From positions 75,578,001 to 75,642,000 of the forward strand of contig NC_043003.1 in assembly GCF_006345805.1 (NCBI RefSeq): a stretch of 64,000 nt of DNA, read 5' to 3'. Numbering within the stretch: the first letter of the stretch is position 1; the number at the start of each line of letters is the position of its first letter. The stretch is from Octopus sinensis (taxonomy: Eukaryota). The notes beneath the pieces are model-generated. The model was not told the DNA's origin, did no database searches, and was given only the letters and a program-made list of their open reading frames with translations. The position numbers and the translations under genes were made by a program. This document shows positions 52,087-64,000 of this stretch, in pieces.

Positions 52087-53790
52087 GATGTGTGTGTGTG
52101 TATGTCCATATATGCGTGTTTGTGTGAGTGTCCGTGTATGACGGCATGCTTGTGTGTCTGCATTCGTGTGGCTGTGGTGTATGAATGCGTGGGTTTTGTG
52201 TAAGCCAAATAATATGAAAGCAGCTGTCTAAAGCTAAAATCAAATTTGGCCAAAACTATCGTGAGAGAAGCGAATATTATCACAGGAACATAGGAATATG
52301 AGGTGACTGTGTTAGTCTGCGTGTGCCAGAATCAATATAAAATGAATAAGAGAAACAAAGAAAAATGTAAACTGATTTATGTTCGATTACCGCCAATTCA
52401 GGAAATATTTAACAGGTCTTTCCACAAAGAAGTTATATTTTTCACTTTCTTCATAGCAACCTCATTATTAAAACTATTTTTCTATGCTTTCATCGTGTGA
52501 GAGATTGGTGTTTAGCCAAAAGGAAATCAATATTTAATTAATTTAAGATACTTCAACTTCGCATTAAATAAACTCCTGAATGATGTAAATTATTTTCTCA
52601 GTTTTTACTTTTATTTCTGTTCATGTTTTTGTTTTTCCAATTCAAAACTGCCGCCAACTGACTTGATTAATGAGTGTTTTGTTGGTGATGATAATTAGGA
52701 AAGGATAAAATGGAGCATGGATCATTCAGTTGAAAAATTAATGTTATATGTTATAAAGCATTTTTTTCCCTTTCGTATTCTGTTATTTTTTAATTACATA
52801 ATCCCAGCAAGAGGGACAATATTGATAGCCCACCGCAGATCCTCTCAAAATACCAAGGTCAATGTTAATCGTGTTCTATCTGAACTTTTACTTGTCAATG
52901 TTTGTAGAAAAGCTAATCGGCAAACCTAAAAGTGTAGGACATTGTATCTCTAAAAACGTAAGAGGGAAATGTGTTGCACAATGTCTTTTGATCTATGCAC
53001 AAAATATCTTGAGGTGTAATTAATGAATACCATGAATTGTAGACATAGTGTACGCGGTGTAATTTGACGAAAGGCTGCATCTTTTTACATTCGTTGAATA
53101 CAAATTTGGACATAAGTGGTACGCGACGTATACGCGTCGTAAGACTACAAAATTATTCAATAGTTTGCCATGTCCTCGCTGTACTAAAATGGTAGAGCGG
53201 GTAAGCATTGCAGTCTTTGAATACTTTCTTTTCAGCTTCCCATGTATGAAATAAAATTAATTATGTTTTAAAGCATCCTGATATTAAATTCCCTTAGAAT
53301 ATCGGCAGAAAAATTATCGACTTCGTATATCCGTGGTCCGTGTTTAAACCGTGTTTGGGGCCAATTTAGAGAAGTCTTCTCTGTTGCAAGCATTTGATAT
53401 ATATCGTGCGTTTTAGGATATGTTCTTCCCTACAGCTGACCAGTCTTGTAGGTTATGTGTAGGAACTAAGCATCAAATTTTACTAATTAATTATAGCATC
53501 ATTCAGCAAGTTGGAGCGGAATTCGTAATTCAGAATACGGCAGCAGTCAGACCTTTAACAATAGATGATTAGGAAATTTGAACCGTAATCTTATTTATTT
53601 ATATAACGATCAGTTTCTCATAAGTATTTGGCTCACGTATAGTTTCTCGAATATGATAGCAATGAAGATTTTCATGATAAGGATGTTGTTGATGTGTATT
53701 TTTGTTGGTGGAGGTGATGGTGAAGGTATTGTTGGTGCTGGTGCTGGTGCTGGTGCTGGTAGCGGAGGTGGCAATTTTGGCGTGTTAAGG

Positions 53791-54641
53791 TACGAGGTGA
53801 TATTAAAAATTTCTAGGACTAGTTATGTTTAATAAGAAAAAATGACTTATTTACTTCGGAAATAATCACTTTGCGCAACAATACACCGGTCGGTCCCAGG
53901 GTTCCTGCCAATTTTGGAATCGTTTACCGTAAGTGATTCGAGGATGTTCTGTGATTCGCTCCTGATCTTGATAACGGGGTTTAAAACGGTGACCTTTGAG
54001 CTGCATTTTCATCTTGGAGAAGAGATGTAAGTCCTCAGGGGCTAAATCGGGTGAATAGGGCGGGTGCGGAAGCGATACCATGTTGCTTTTGAAGAGAAAC
54101 TCGCGAGTGATGAGAACTAAGTGAAGAATCCAATTTTGCGCGCTCCACAGAACCGGTTCTTTGCGGCGAATGTCCTCCTTCAAACGATTCAAAACGTCGT
54201 AGTAGAGATGTCGATTAACGCTCTGGCTCTGGAGACAAATTATCGATGCTCTATTCCATATTTGCCGGGGTGGCGCCCGTGGCAGATCTTCCAGATCGCA
54301 CGTCATCTTCCATGAACTTTCTTCTGCATTTGAAGCGCCTGTACCACTTGAAACATTGTCTCGTCGTCTAATCTAGTTGAAGCATGCCCCAAGTCTCTGT
54401 AGCAGACTTCCGAGTTTAACGCAAAATTTCAGGTTCGTTCTTTGTTCTTGTCTATAACAAAATCGCATCCACGTGTTCAGGAAAATGCAAATTTCACAAA
54501 TTGCGAAGTAAAAACAGTGATGTCACTAGGGACACTGCCTTGTGAAAGTATCTCCTAGGTCTCGTTGGGCACGCCACCTTGTACTGCCGTTTATTGACGC
54601 GCTACATAATTAGTGTGTGAGCATTTTGATACCACCTCGTA
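53791..54641 (-). mobile_element. internally deleted mariner with both TIRs and TA ends
   Basis: TACGAGGTGATATTAAAAAT at left and ATTTTGATACCACCTCGTA at right. The ORF contains LPHPPYSPDLAPEDLHLFSKMK..LKGHRF. Confidence 0.9.
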
Positions 54642-54647
54642 GTAATA

Positions 54648-54686
<39 letters not shown>

Positions 54687-55185
54687 GTTATCGACGACAA
54701 TACAAAGTACAAAGTGGAAGTGACAAATTTTGGCGAGAAGCGTTAGTCGATGAAATTGTTCCTCATACGTCAATAATAATTTATTTTATTGACAGAAAAG
54801 ACGAAAGCCAAATTAAACCTCGAAGGAGATTTGAAATCAGAACGTGAAAAGCCATAAATTAATGTGTACACTCGTGATGATGATGATGATGAGGATTGTA
54901 AGGAGGAAGAGGACGAAGGTAACATCTGTGACGATAGTGACAAAGGCGACGATAACGACAACGGCGAAGACTATGATGGTGATGACATGTTGAGATGATC
55001 ATGATTATGCTGATAATGATTATGATGATGATGATGATGATGATGACGATGACGACGACGACAACGATGATGATGATGGTGATGACGACAACGACGACGA
55101 TGACGAACTTGTTGACGGCGACTAAGACTATGGAGCTGACCATGGTATTGCTGGTGATGACGATGATGATGATGATAATGATGCG
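54642..55185. repeat. (GAT)n/(GAC)n low-complexity tracts
   Basis: Direct reading. Confidence 0.85.
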
Positions 55186-56897
55186 TCCTGGTATATGGAG
55201 AAATTAGATAAAAATAAAACAAAACCAAACAACTCAGATTTTCCATCTCTTCCCAAACGATTAATTACATTTATGTGTGTGTGTATATGTATGTATATAT
55301 ATGTATACATATGTATATATATTTATATTTATATTTACACACACACACACTTTTTTTTATCTGTGGCAAAGAAGATGAGATTTTGTTGAACCAGTGCCAC
55401 AATAAAACGTTAATAGCAATTGCATGGTAGTGATATGATCATTAATGCCTCTGGCATGGAATGAATGCATAGTTTCTTCAACTAATATCATTTCACCATT
55501 TGTTTTCGACAGCTCCAATCACCTTTACATTTTACGTCTCTTCAGGGGTCGTTGAAATAACCATATTTTTTGTACGTTTTTCTTGTTTTTCTTTTATTTG
55601 ATTGAGTGTAGTTTTTTTTCTATAATAATTTGTATGTGTGTATGTGTGTGTGTGCTGGTGTTTGTGTGTGCGTGTGTGTGTGTGTTTAAACCCGTATGCG
55701 CTATGTGTGCGCTGTTTAGATTTGCTTGTGTTTTAATATTTATTTAACAAGAACAGATTCATCGTTATTATTGCTGGATCATAATTAACTACTGAAGTTA
55801 AAATTCATCACTATAATGAGGAAATGATACCATCCCAATTTCTTAACGAAACTCGTTTTCGGATTTTAAATCGAATAATAAAATTATGCAGTGATTTCAA
55901 TGAGTAATTTAGATTGTAGCGTCTAATAGCATTTAAACTCTCGTAGTGGTCAGTTCTATCTTGCAAGGAGCTCTCAATAAATTTACAAGATTAATAGCTT
56001 CCTATCGAAAGTTGCTGAATTGGCAGAATTATGAACTCTTGGGACGAAATGCTTACAAGTATTTCATCCGACTCGTTATATACTGGGTTCAACACCACTG
56101 AGGTCGAATTAGGTTTTCGTTCTCTCTGGATCGATAAAATAATTTCCTCTTTACACATGGGTACAATGAAAACAATTGGTCCTCTTTGCTAAATTTTTCA
56201 CGCCTTAAGTCAAACTTTGAAACAATCCTTCTAAGGTCAAATCTCACCGTTGTCAACTTTACTTTTTGACTATTCGGAAGGTGATTTAATTGACTACCCC
56301 CAACCACCCTAAATGTTTAGCCTTTGTACCAAAAGTAGGAATTCTTATTAGTATCCATGTAATCTCTCAACTTCTAATTTATCTGTCACGTCTCAGCGGT
56401 TGCATACAGCAGCTTAGAGACGCAACACTTTTCTCAACACATGAGCTGTTCCAAGAATTGCTGCCAACTGAATACTGCGAATGAAGTTTAGTATTTGCAG
56501 CTTTTGCTGCTAAAATATTACTGTCCTTCAGATGGTCTCAGGTGCACCAATCATAATAGATTCTACATTCACTTTTGAGTCCTTGTGTATTCATTTCACT
56601 TCAAAGCCAGAATTCTCAGAGAGTCCATTTCTCACTTGTAATCTTCTTTAGTGGACAGGTTCAGCATATGAAAACTAAGATCGTTGCTTTTGACCTTACT
56701 TCTGTAGCCACGGTGTTTTCATCGTTGTTGTTTTTGTAACTAGCTAGGCTATGTTCTCTAACCACAGGATCCCAGAGGGATGGGTTTCCTGGCAAGTTGT
56801 CGTTGGTTCCTGTGTTGTTGATGCTGTTCTTGTAGTTGTTGTTGTCTTTATCTGGGCAGCCGTTGTCAATTGCTTCCTTTATTGTCGAATCTATGTT

Positions 56898-56988
56898 TAG
56901 TAGTAGTAGTAGTAGTAGCAGCAGCAAAGTAGCAATAGTAGCAGCAGCAGTATGAGTAGTAGTAGCAGCAGTATTAGTAGTAGTAGTG

Positions 56989-57062
<74 letters not shown>
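56898..57062. repeat. (TAG)n microsatellite
   Basis: Direct reading. Confidence 0.95.
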
Positions 57063-57865
57063 TATGCTTTGAAATCTTGTGCGATCAGGAAACAAAAGAA
57101 GAAACGTCACACCCTTGCGGTCAGCAGAGGTCAAATGTGTTTACAATTACTAGCGATCAATGAAATAGATAACCTTGGACTTAGAAAGGACCAACTCACA
57201 TTGCTTTGTTTTATTCACTGATAGAAAAATAATAATAATAATATATATATTGATATTTACATCGTCGAATATATCTTTTCCTTTTTTATGGCTTTTGCAG
57301 TGTTTTTAAAGTTTTCGTAATCAAGCAGTTTGTATACATTGGCATTTGCTTATCTACATAGTTTTTATCGTGTCTTTAATAGTGTTGTTGCAATAAAAGG
57401 TGTTTACATATTCGAGTAGTAAGCGAGAAAAGAAGGGTACAATTTTCACAGAAAATTGTAGCTATTAATATTTTTCAATCTCCTAAAGATGATCGTTTAT
57501 ATTTCCGACCAGAAAAAAAAAAAGAAAACTGTTGTGCTCTTGCAATAAAAAGGATGTTTACATTTTCGAAATCTCAGGAAGAAAGGAAAGGATAAGTATT
57601 CACAGAAAGTTGTAGATATTGAAGTTTTAAAGATATTAAAGATGATCGTTTTTGTGTTCGACGAAAATAAACTAGATAAGCAAGCTTTAAAGGGAATTTG
57701 AAATACTCACAGCAAATTGTTGATATTCCAGATTTTCAGCTATTGTCCAGCAGTGCTGTTGGGTTGTATCAGTGTTTCTGTGTCTTCGGCTGCTGATTGG
57801 TCAGAGCAGAGAAGAACCATTTCAAAATAGCGAAGAAAGATTTTATGGTTCTTCACTATTATTAC

Positions 57866-57926
<61 letters not shown>

Positions 57927-60900
57927 GTCATTGCACAGCTTCTAACACTGTACTACAGTGTCAGTTGTTCACTACCAGTGAACTAGGGTAACACCTCTTA
58001 TTTTTCGAGCACCTTCCGGACTATTCGAGCGGTTCCAAGCAGTGCTGTTTTCTGCAAGTGCTCCACCCATATTGAAGCACCTATTTGTTCCACGTTCTTC
58101 TCAAGATTTTTGCTCACCGATCCCAGGGCTCCGACAATCATTGGTACTACTGCAACCTTCTCCATCGACCACAACTGCTTAACCTCCAAAGCAAACCTGC
58201 CATGTCTCTCAAAATTTCTTTCTTTCTTACCGCATACCTTGTTGTTAGCTTGGCATGCTATAATCTATGATCCAGCATAGTTTGTTTTCTTTCTCAATTA
58301 AGACTATTTCTGGCTTCCTATTCTCTATCTCATGGTCGCACTGGATCATACAATCCCATTCGGATCTTTGCATTTCTATTTTCGACGATACCTTTTGGTT
58401 TGTGGTCGAACCAATTTTTTCCATACTTGTTGCAGACTCTCCAATGGACAAGCCTGGGTATATTGTCATGGCGTCTCTTATATTCCTTTTTGAGTAGTGG
58501 CGTACATTGGCTGATAATATGCCATACGGTTTCACCGTTTTGTCCACAGATTCTGCACTTATCACTTTCTGCTGTGTTGTCTATTCTGTATTTTATGTAG
58601 TTTGTTCTTAATGCTTGCTCTAGGGCAGCACACATCAGAGACTCCGCTTCCGGTTTTAAATCACTTTTTGTCATCCACATCCATCTTTTTTCTCTATCTG
58701 TCTTATCTTCAACATCCTTATGAAATTGACCATGCATTTTTTTCTTTGCTCACCTATTTTCATTCGTTTTCAATTTCTTATCTAGTGCTTTATCTTTGAC
58801 ATCTTTCATCCTACACAAGCCTGACCTTCCTACCTCTAACAATAGCGCTTCTGTGACATTTTTTACGTACCATGCTATGTTGTTTTCTTCTGCTCTAGTA
58901 CTGTGTTTGTATACAATAAGTTCTCACCCCACTTTTTCTTGGTACATACGGTCTGCCTGTGTCACTTTTTGGGTGGAATCACCCATATCTGGTTAGCAAC
59001 TTCCTTGTCTTTCAGTCTAAGCTATTTCGTTCGTCTACTGTCTACGGGATTACCCTTGCTCCATATCTAAGGAGTGAAACTGCCCAGGTGTTGATAGCTT
59101 CAATCTTATTTCATCTGTTTAATTTTGACTTAAGAATCAGTCTAAGCCTGCACAAGTACTCCACCTTAAATTTTTCTGTCATTTCTTTCTCCATCAATTT
59201 ATCCATTTCCAATATCTCCATGTACTTATAGTTCCTCTATTCTATATGCTTCATAACCACTCCCGATGATATCGCAAGCCCTTCCATACATTTAATTTTG
59301 TCCCTCTTCAAGATTAACACACCACTCTCTTTTAGTCCGAAATCCGTTCTGATATCAGTATTGAAAGTATACACCGTATCAACGACGAAACTGACTCGGG
59401 ACTCATCTTTACCATAAAGTTTGAGATGATCTATGATTAACAAGTGGTTGATATTTTGTTGACGGCTCTTGAATACATGCTCAGCCTTTGCTTTCCTCAG
59501 AATCAGTGTCAATGGCATCATGCACAGTACAAAGAGCCGGTGGGACAGGTGCCTCTCCTGATTTCTATTGTCCATAAACTTCTTCCATATGCCGTCAGTT
59601 CTACCCTCCACTTCGCCAAACTTTTTCCAAGCAATCTTTCAACATACGATGCAATACCAAATAGGTTCATACACTCCATAATCCAAGAATATGGGATCAT
59701 ATTGTATGCGTTGCGATAATCGATTCATGACATGGCTAAGTCATTTCTCCTCCTCTTGCAGTCTCTAAGTAAAATTTTGTTACCAGGATTTGATCCTTGG
59801 TGCCTCTGCACTTACACTTGCAACCCTTCTGCTCATGTGGCAGAACTCTATTTTTACCAGATGTTCATATATTGACTCTGCGACTATTCCAGTCAATAAT
59901 TTCCACATAAGAGGTAAGCAGGATACCGGCCTGTACTTGTCTACCGTATTACCTTTCACGATGTTTTTCAAGCACATCACTGTCCTACCCGGTGTCAACC
60001 ACACTGGTGTTACTTGGTCGGCATTTAACATAGTGATGCGTTGTGCAGATATTCGTGCATGACATTCGCCAAAACATTTGATCCTGTAGCCATCGGGTCC
60101 CGCGGGCTTCCAGTGGCTCTTTTTTTTTTGCTGGTCTCCTTAAATTCCCAGACTGAAATGAATATTTCCATTTATTATGCACAGTCTGATGTATGTTTAA
60201 GTTCTTGCAACTATTCAACATCCTTTTTGGTCTCTTTGTCGTTGCTCCTGATGTCACTCCAAAACCGTTGACATTCAAATGTCATCTGGTATCAACTTTG
60301 CATCTTTACACTTTCCATTTATTTCTTTATAGAATCTCTTCTGATCCAGTCTGAACAAACTATTCTGCTGGTTTCCCTTTGTTCTTTTGTCGTATCTTAC
60401 TATCTTTGATTTCTTTTCAAAGATGCGCTGTTTCAGTCCTCTATTACCACTTACTTTCAATATCATACTTCCTGTTTAGTGCCCTGTACTTTTGTTCACT
60501 TTTAATTTCCCCTTCCTCTTTTAGGTCTAACATAGAAATGTCCTTCTAGAGCATGTCTAACACCGCCTGTATTCTTTTTGTCAATATGGATCTTTACTTT
60601 TGTCACTCCTATTATGTTTCTTTTTCTTGACCTCAACACACACATTTTCTCTAACGACTGTACTTGCTGCTTTAAACAAATTATTTGTTTCTGTGATGTT
60701 TTGTTCTGATTTATTTTATAATTTCATTCACACTTTTCGTTTCTTGGTTCAATTTCCACCGGTCAACCTTTTTAAGGGTGCAAATAATATCGCTATCGTT
60801 CTCCTATAGCCTTGCCTTTATCCTGTTGTACATTGCCTTTTACTCATCTGTCATGTCACCATTAGTTTTACTATCGTCTTCCATATTATCTATATGTCTC

Positions 60901-61990
60901 TCATCCAGCAAGCTATCAAATATTTCCTGTGGTTTATTAGAGGCCTCACCTCTGTATTCTGCTATAAGATCACTTTTATCAATACGAATTGTATTTTCAT
61001 TGCTTTCTCTGCGCTATTTGCAAATACCGGTCTTTTGATAGCTTCGAACTCTATTTCTCTGAACCAATGATTTTTTTACTTGCTCTAGCTTGATCACATA
61101 GTCTCTGTTCAATGAGTTGAAACAATCTTCTTTCTCTCCATTGATCATACATACGTTGTCGGTATCCCCTAATATGAGCACCATGTTAGCGTATAGATTT
61201 GCTCAGGTAGTAACACTCCATGACCACGGCATTAACTTGTTTGTTCCGTCTACGCCGTGTGTTGTTTCATTGCTGCATAACGACAGGCTGGAACCAAACC
61301 AATATCTCTGAATCTGACCCGTGCAATACTATAACCATCAAGGGCTTCAGTTTCATTACTACCGTTATTTTGTTTTTTCGTTGTCACTCATATGAGGTAG
61401 CGATTATCAGGTTGCGCAGTTACCAGTGTTTTCCTTGTGACACCATCTCTAGATGTATCATCGATCAGGACATAGGGAGATTCCAACCGCTTCCTTTCGT
61501 TATTATTATTATCATCACTGACATTACTATTTTAATATTTTACTGTCATTGTTAATATTACTTCTGATCCGACAGCATTTTTGGCTAATTGTCATTAGCA
61601 CTTTCGTGTCAGTACTAGGCGTAGATAACTTGATAGAGCACCGCTTCTATAATTTTAAAGTAACAAATGTAGTAAAACTAGGCAAAGTCCAATATGTACT
61701 TTCTCGGATATTGTCTATCACTTTTAAAGACTGTTACTTACTCGGATGTACACCATTGCTTTGTTAGTGTGGCAACCGTGTTTACATGTGTTGTCCGAGT
61801 GACGAAGGCGACACACACTTAAAACACATCGTTTCATTCGGAAAATACGAATACATTTTAATGAGTATTATTTACTCGTATATAGTCCAACTCTTTGTCA
61901 GTTATTTTTCGCTCCGAGTATTGTCCCCGATACTTTTGGATAGATTTCGGAGCAGTGTTTTATCGCTCTCACATGTTAAACGTCCACGGT
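57927..61990 (-). mobile_element. full-length decayed R4/Dong-type LINE (second subfamily) in (TTA)n
   Basis: (TTA)n on both flanks. Motifs YRPVSCLPLMWKLL, MIPYSWI, NHLLIIDHLKLY, ALEQALRT..CRIC..HIISQC..RRHD and VGALG..LLGTARI. The 5' end is homologous to 36847-36905. Confidence 0.93.
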
Positions 61991-62007
61991 GATTTCGTTA
62001 TTATTAA

Positions 62008-62083
<76 letters not shown>

Positions 62084-62109
62084 TAATTAATTAATTTATT
62101 TATTTATTT

Positions 62110-64000
62110 TAATCTGCTAGTTCATTACAACCACTTGCAGAGACAAACCCAGCATCCTTCGGGGGAGTGAATGATAAGAGAGGTTACAGTATGGCTTAAA
62201 GCTTAGAGAGGGGAAATGAGAGAGGTAGTAGGGATATATTGTCATGTAATACAACCCACACATTTCAATTGATAGTGTTTTTCTAAGAATGTGGCCAGTA
62301 CTTGTCAGCACAATCTTTTGTATTCCTCTCAGAATTGGTTCTCCTGGGATCTTATCTAGATTTTTCTGACATCCCTTCCTTATCATACGTAGGACTCCCA
62401 TGATAACAAGAACAGTTCACGTTTAAAGATGTCACGTCTTTCGTATTTTAATTTCCAGGTCCTTATATTTACTTAATTTGTCAAATTCCTTTACAAATTT
62501 ATATTTTTTATCAGTGGGAGCACTTACATCTGTTAGTCCACAGATATTTTCTACCCTCTTTTAAATGACTATGTCTGGTCGATTAGCCCCAATCATTCTG
62601 TTGGTGTTGACTGGAAAATTCCAGAGAACAGTGACATTTCTAATTTCAACGACTGACTCAAGATGATGTTGATACCAGTAAGCAGGAGTGTTGATTTTGT
62701 AGTGTTTACATATTTTCCAATGTAAATAATGTGGCGAGATTTGTATTCATTTTGTGTCAACACAGGACATCCGAAAACTAGATGGTCTATTGTTTCATCA
62801 AACGTATCGCAGAATCTGTATTTAGGATCAGGACCGTTTTGGCGAACGTTAGCCTGGTAATTTTTTGTAAGCTAACTATAATCTAATGCCGCAAATATAC
62901 GTTCAGTCTCCGCTCTTAGTCTCGACTATTGATGGGTTGTTGCAAAGTGTACATCAGCATTTCGGCTTCAAAGTATATATTATCCGTGCAGAGGCTCCTG
63001 ACTCCATCGGTCCTGAATTTGTTTCTGTCCGTTCTTTCTGGCAGTCTGTTTCATCCGTTTTGCGTGTTTGGTAGCAGTGGTTTCAGGTTCTTCATCTAAT
63101 TCAAGATTAATGCCGAGTTCTCTTGCAAATTTGCAAGCTTCCTTGACAATCGAATTTGCTTTATTCGCTGCATCCACTTCTCTGTACTAGATAAGTTAAT
63201 TGCTAATGTGGACTTCTTATAGCATTCCTCTTCACCCATTACTTCTATGTAGGTACAGATGATTATCTTCTGGTTTTGGGTGGTGCATATTTTAGATGTT
63301 AGAAGTTTTCTTGTCTTAATGCCCTGACGTTGGAATTCTGTAACATTCCAATTGATGATGTTAAAATTATATTGGACCAGTGGAAGTGCGAGGGTGTTAA
63401 TGGCTTCGATGCGATTTTTGGATTTAAGTTTAGATTTTAGTGTCTTACTCTCCTGTAATACTCCTTTCTTATTTTTCCTTCATAGTAGCATGTTGTATAT
63501 CATCTCCTTCGTTTATCCACATGTGTTGATCTTTGCATCCATAAAAATTCCTTTTACAACCTGTTTGAGCTTGTGGAAGGATAGAGTTCTGTTCAAGGTA
63601 TGTGTATATTCTTTCAGTTAGTATCAATCTGAGGATCTTGTACATGGTCTTGAGTCATGTTATTGGTCGTTAGTTCTTTGGATTTTTCCTGTCTTCAGTT
63701 TTGATGGAACGTATGTTGTTCCTTCGGACAACCAGGCAGGTATTTGCTCTGGGTTCTGGATGACATCAGTTAGAGATTCAGCAAAAGGTTGGTGTACTTC
63801 TGTCAAACAATTCAGCAGGAGGTTAGGGATCCGGTCCAGTCCTGGGATTTTCCATTTGTAAGACTTTCCATGAACACATCTTATTTCATCTACTCCTACT
63901 GCCTCCCATTTCTGCTCTTCAACTTCATCCACTCTCACTTTTTCACGTTTCATCCAGTGAGTTTCAGCATTATATTCTTTTTTGTTGCTTTATTTCTTCT
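62110..64000 (-). mobile_element. decayed R4/Dong-type LINE (same subfamily as 14765-16790), running off the window
   Basis: WKIPGLDRIPN, WSQEPLHG and GVLRMIRKG..IQKIVLTSTGHILRKTL; shared 3' UTR. Confidence 0.9.

Noticed and set aside
54859-57221. Poly-His/Met/Thr/Ser ORFs
   Set aside because: Trinucleotide microsatellite translations.

Overview
AT-rich eukaryotic intergenic or intronic DNA packed with microsatellites. The repeat content resembles a coleoid cephalopod such as Octopus (inference). I can support no intact host gene, and most track ORFs are microsatellite translations or antisense shadows of transposons. The window holds two decayed Penelope-like retroelements (RT plus GIY-YIG), six R4/Dong-type RLE LINE copies in (TAA)n, an RTE tail, several Tc1/mariner remnants, a Helitron-like element and SINEs. 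The main unannotated signal is a set of type I hammerhead ribozyme (HHR) motifs, read by eye, in about nine short non-coding or PLE-terminal elements next to TA-rich microsatellites. Two are young tandem arrays (556-bp and 480-bp monomers, one HHR per monomer) resembling non-LTR retrozymes. Three unrelated elements carry the compensatory U3-A8 core variant. Five insertions, including one PLE, share a head-to-head inverted layout with both sense 3' ends facing outward into microsatellite, which suggests PLE-driven dual priming on ribozyme-processed, possibly circular, RNAs. Folds were not computed and activity is untested.
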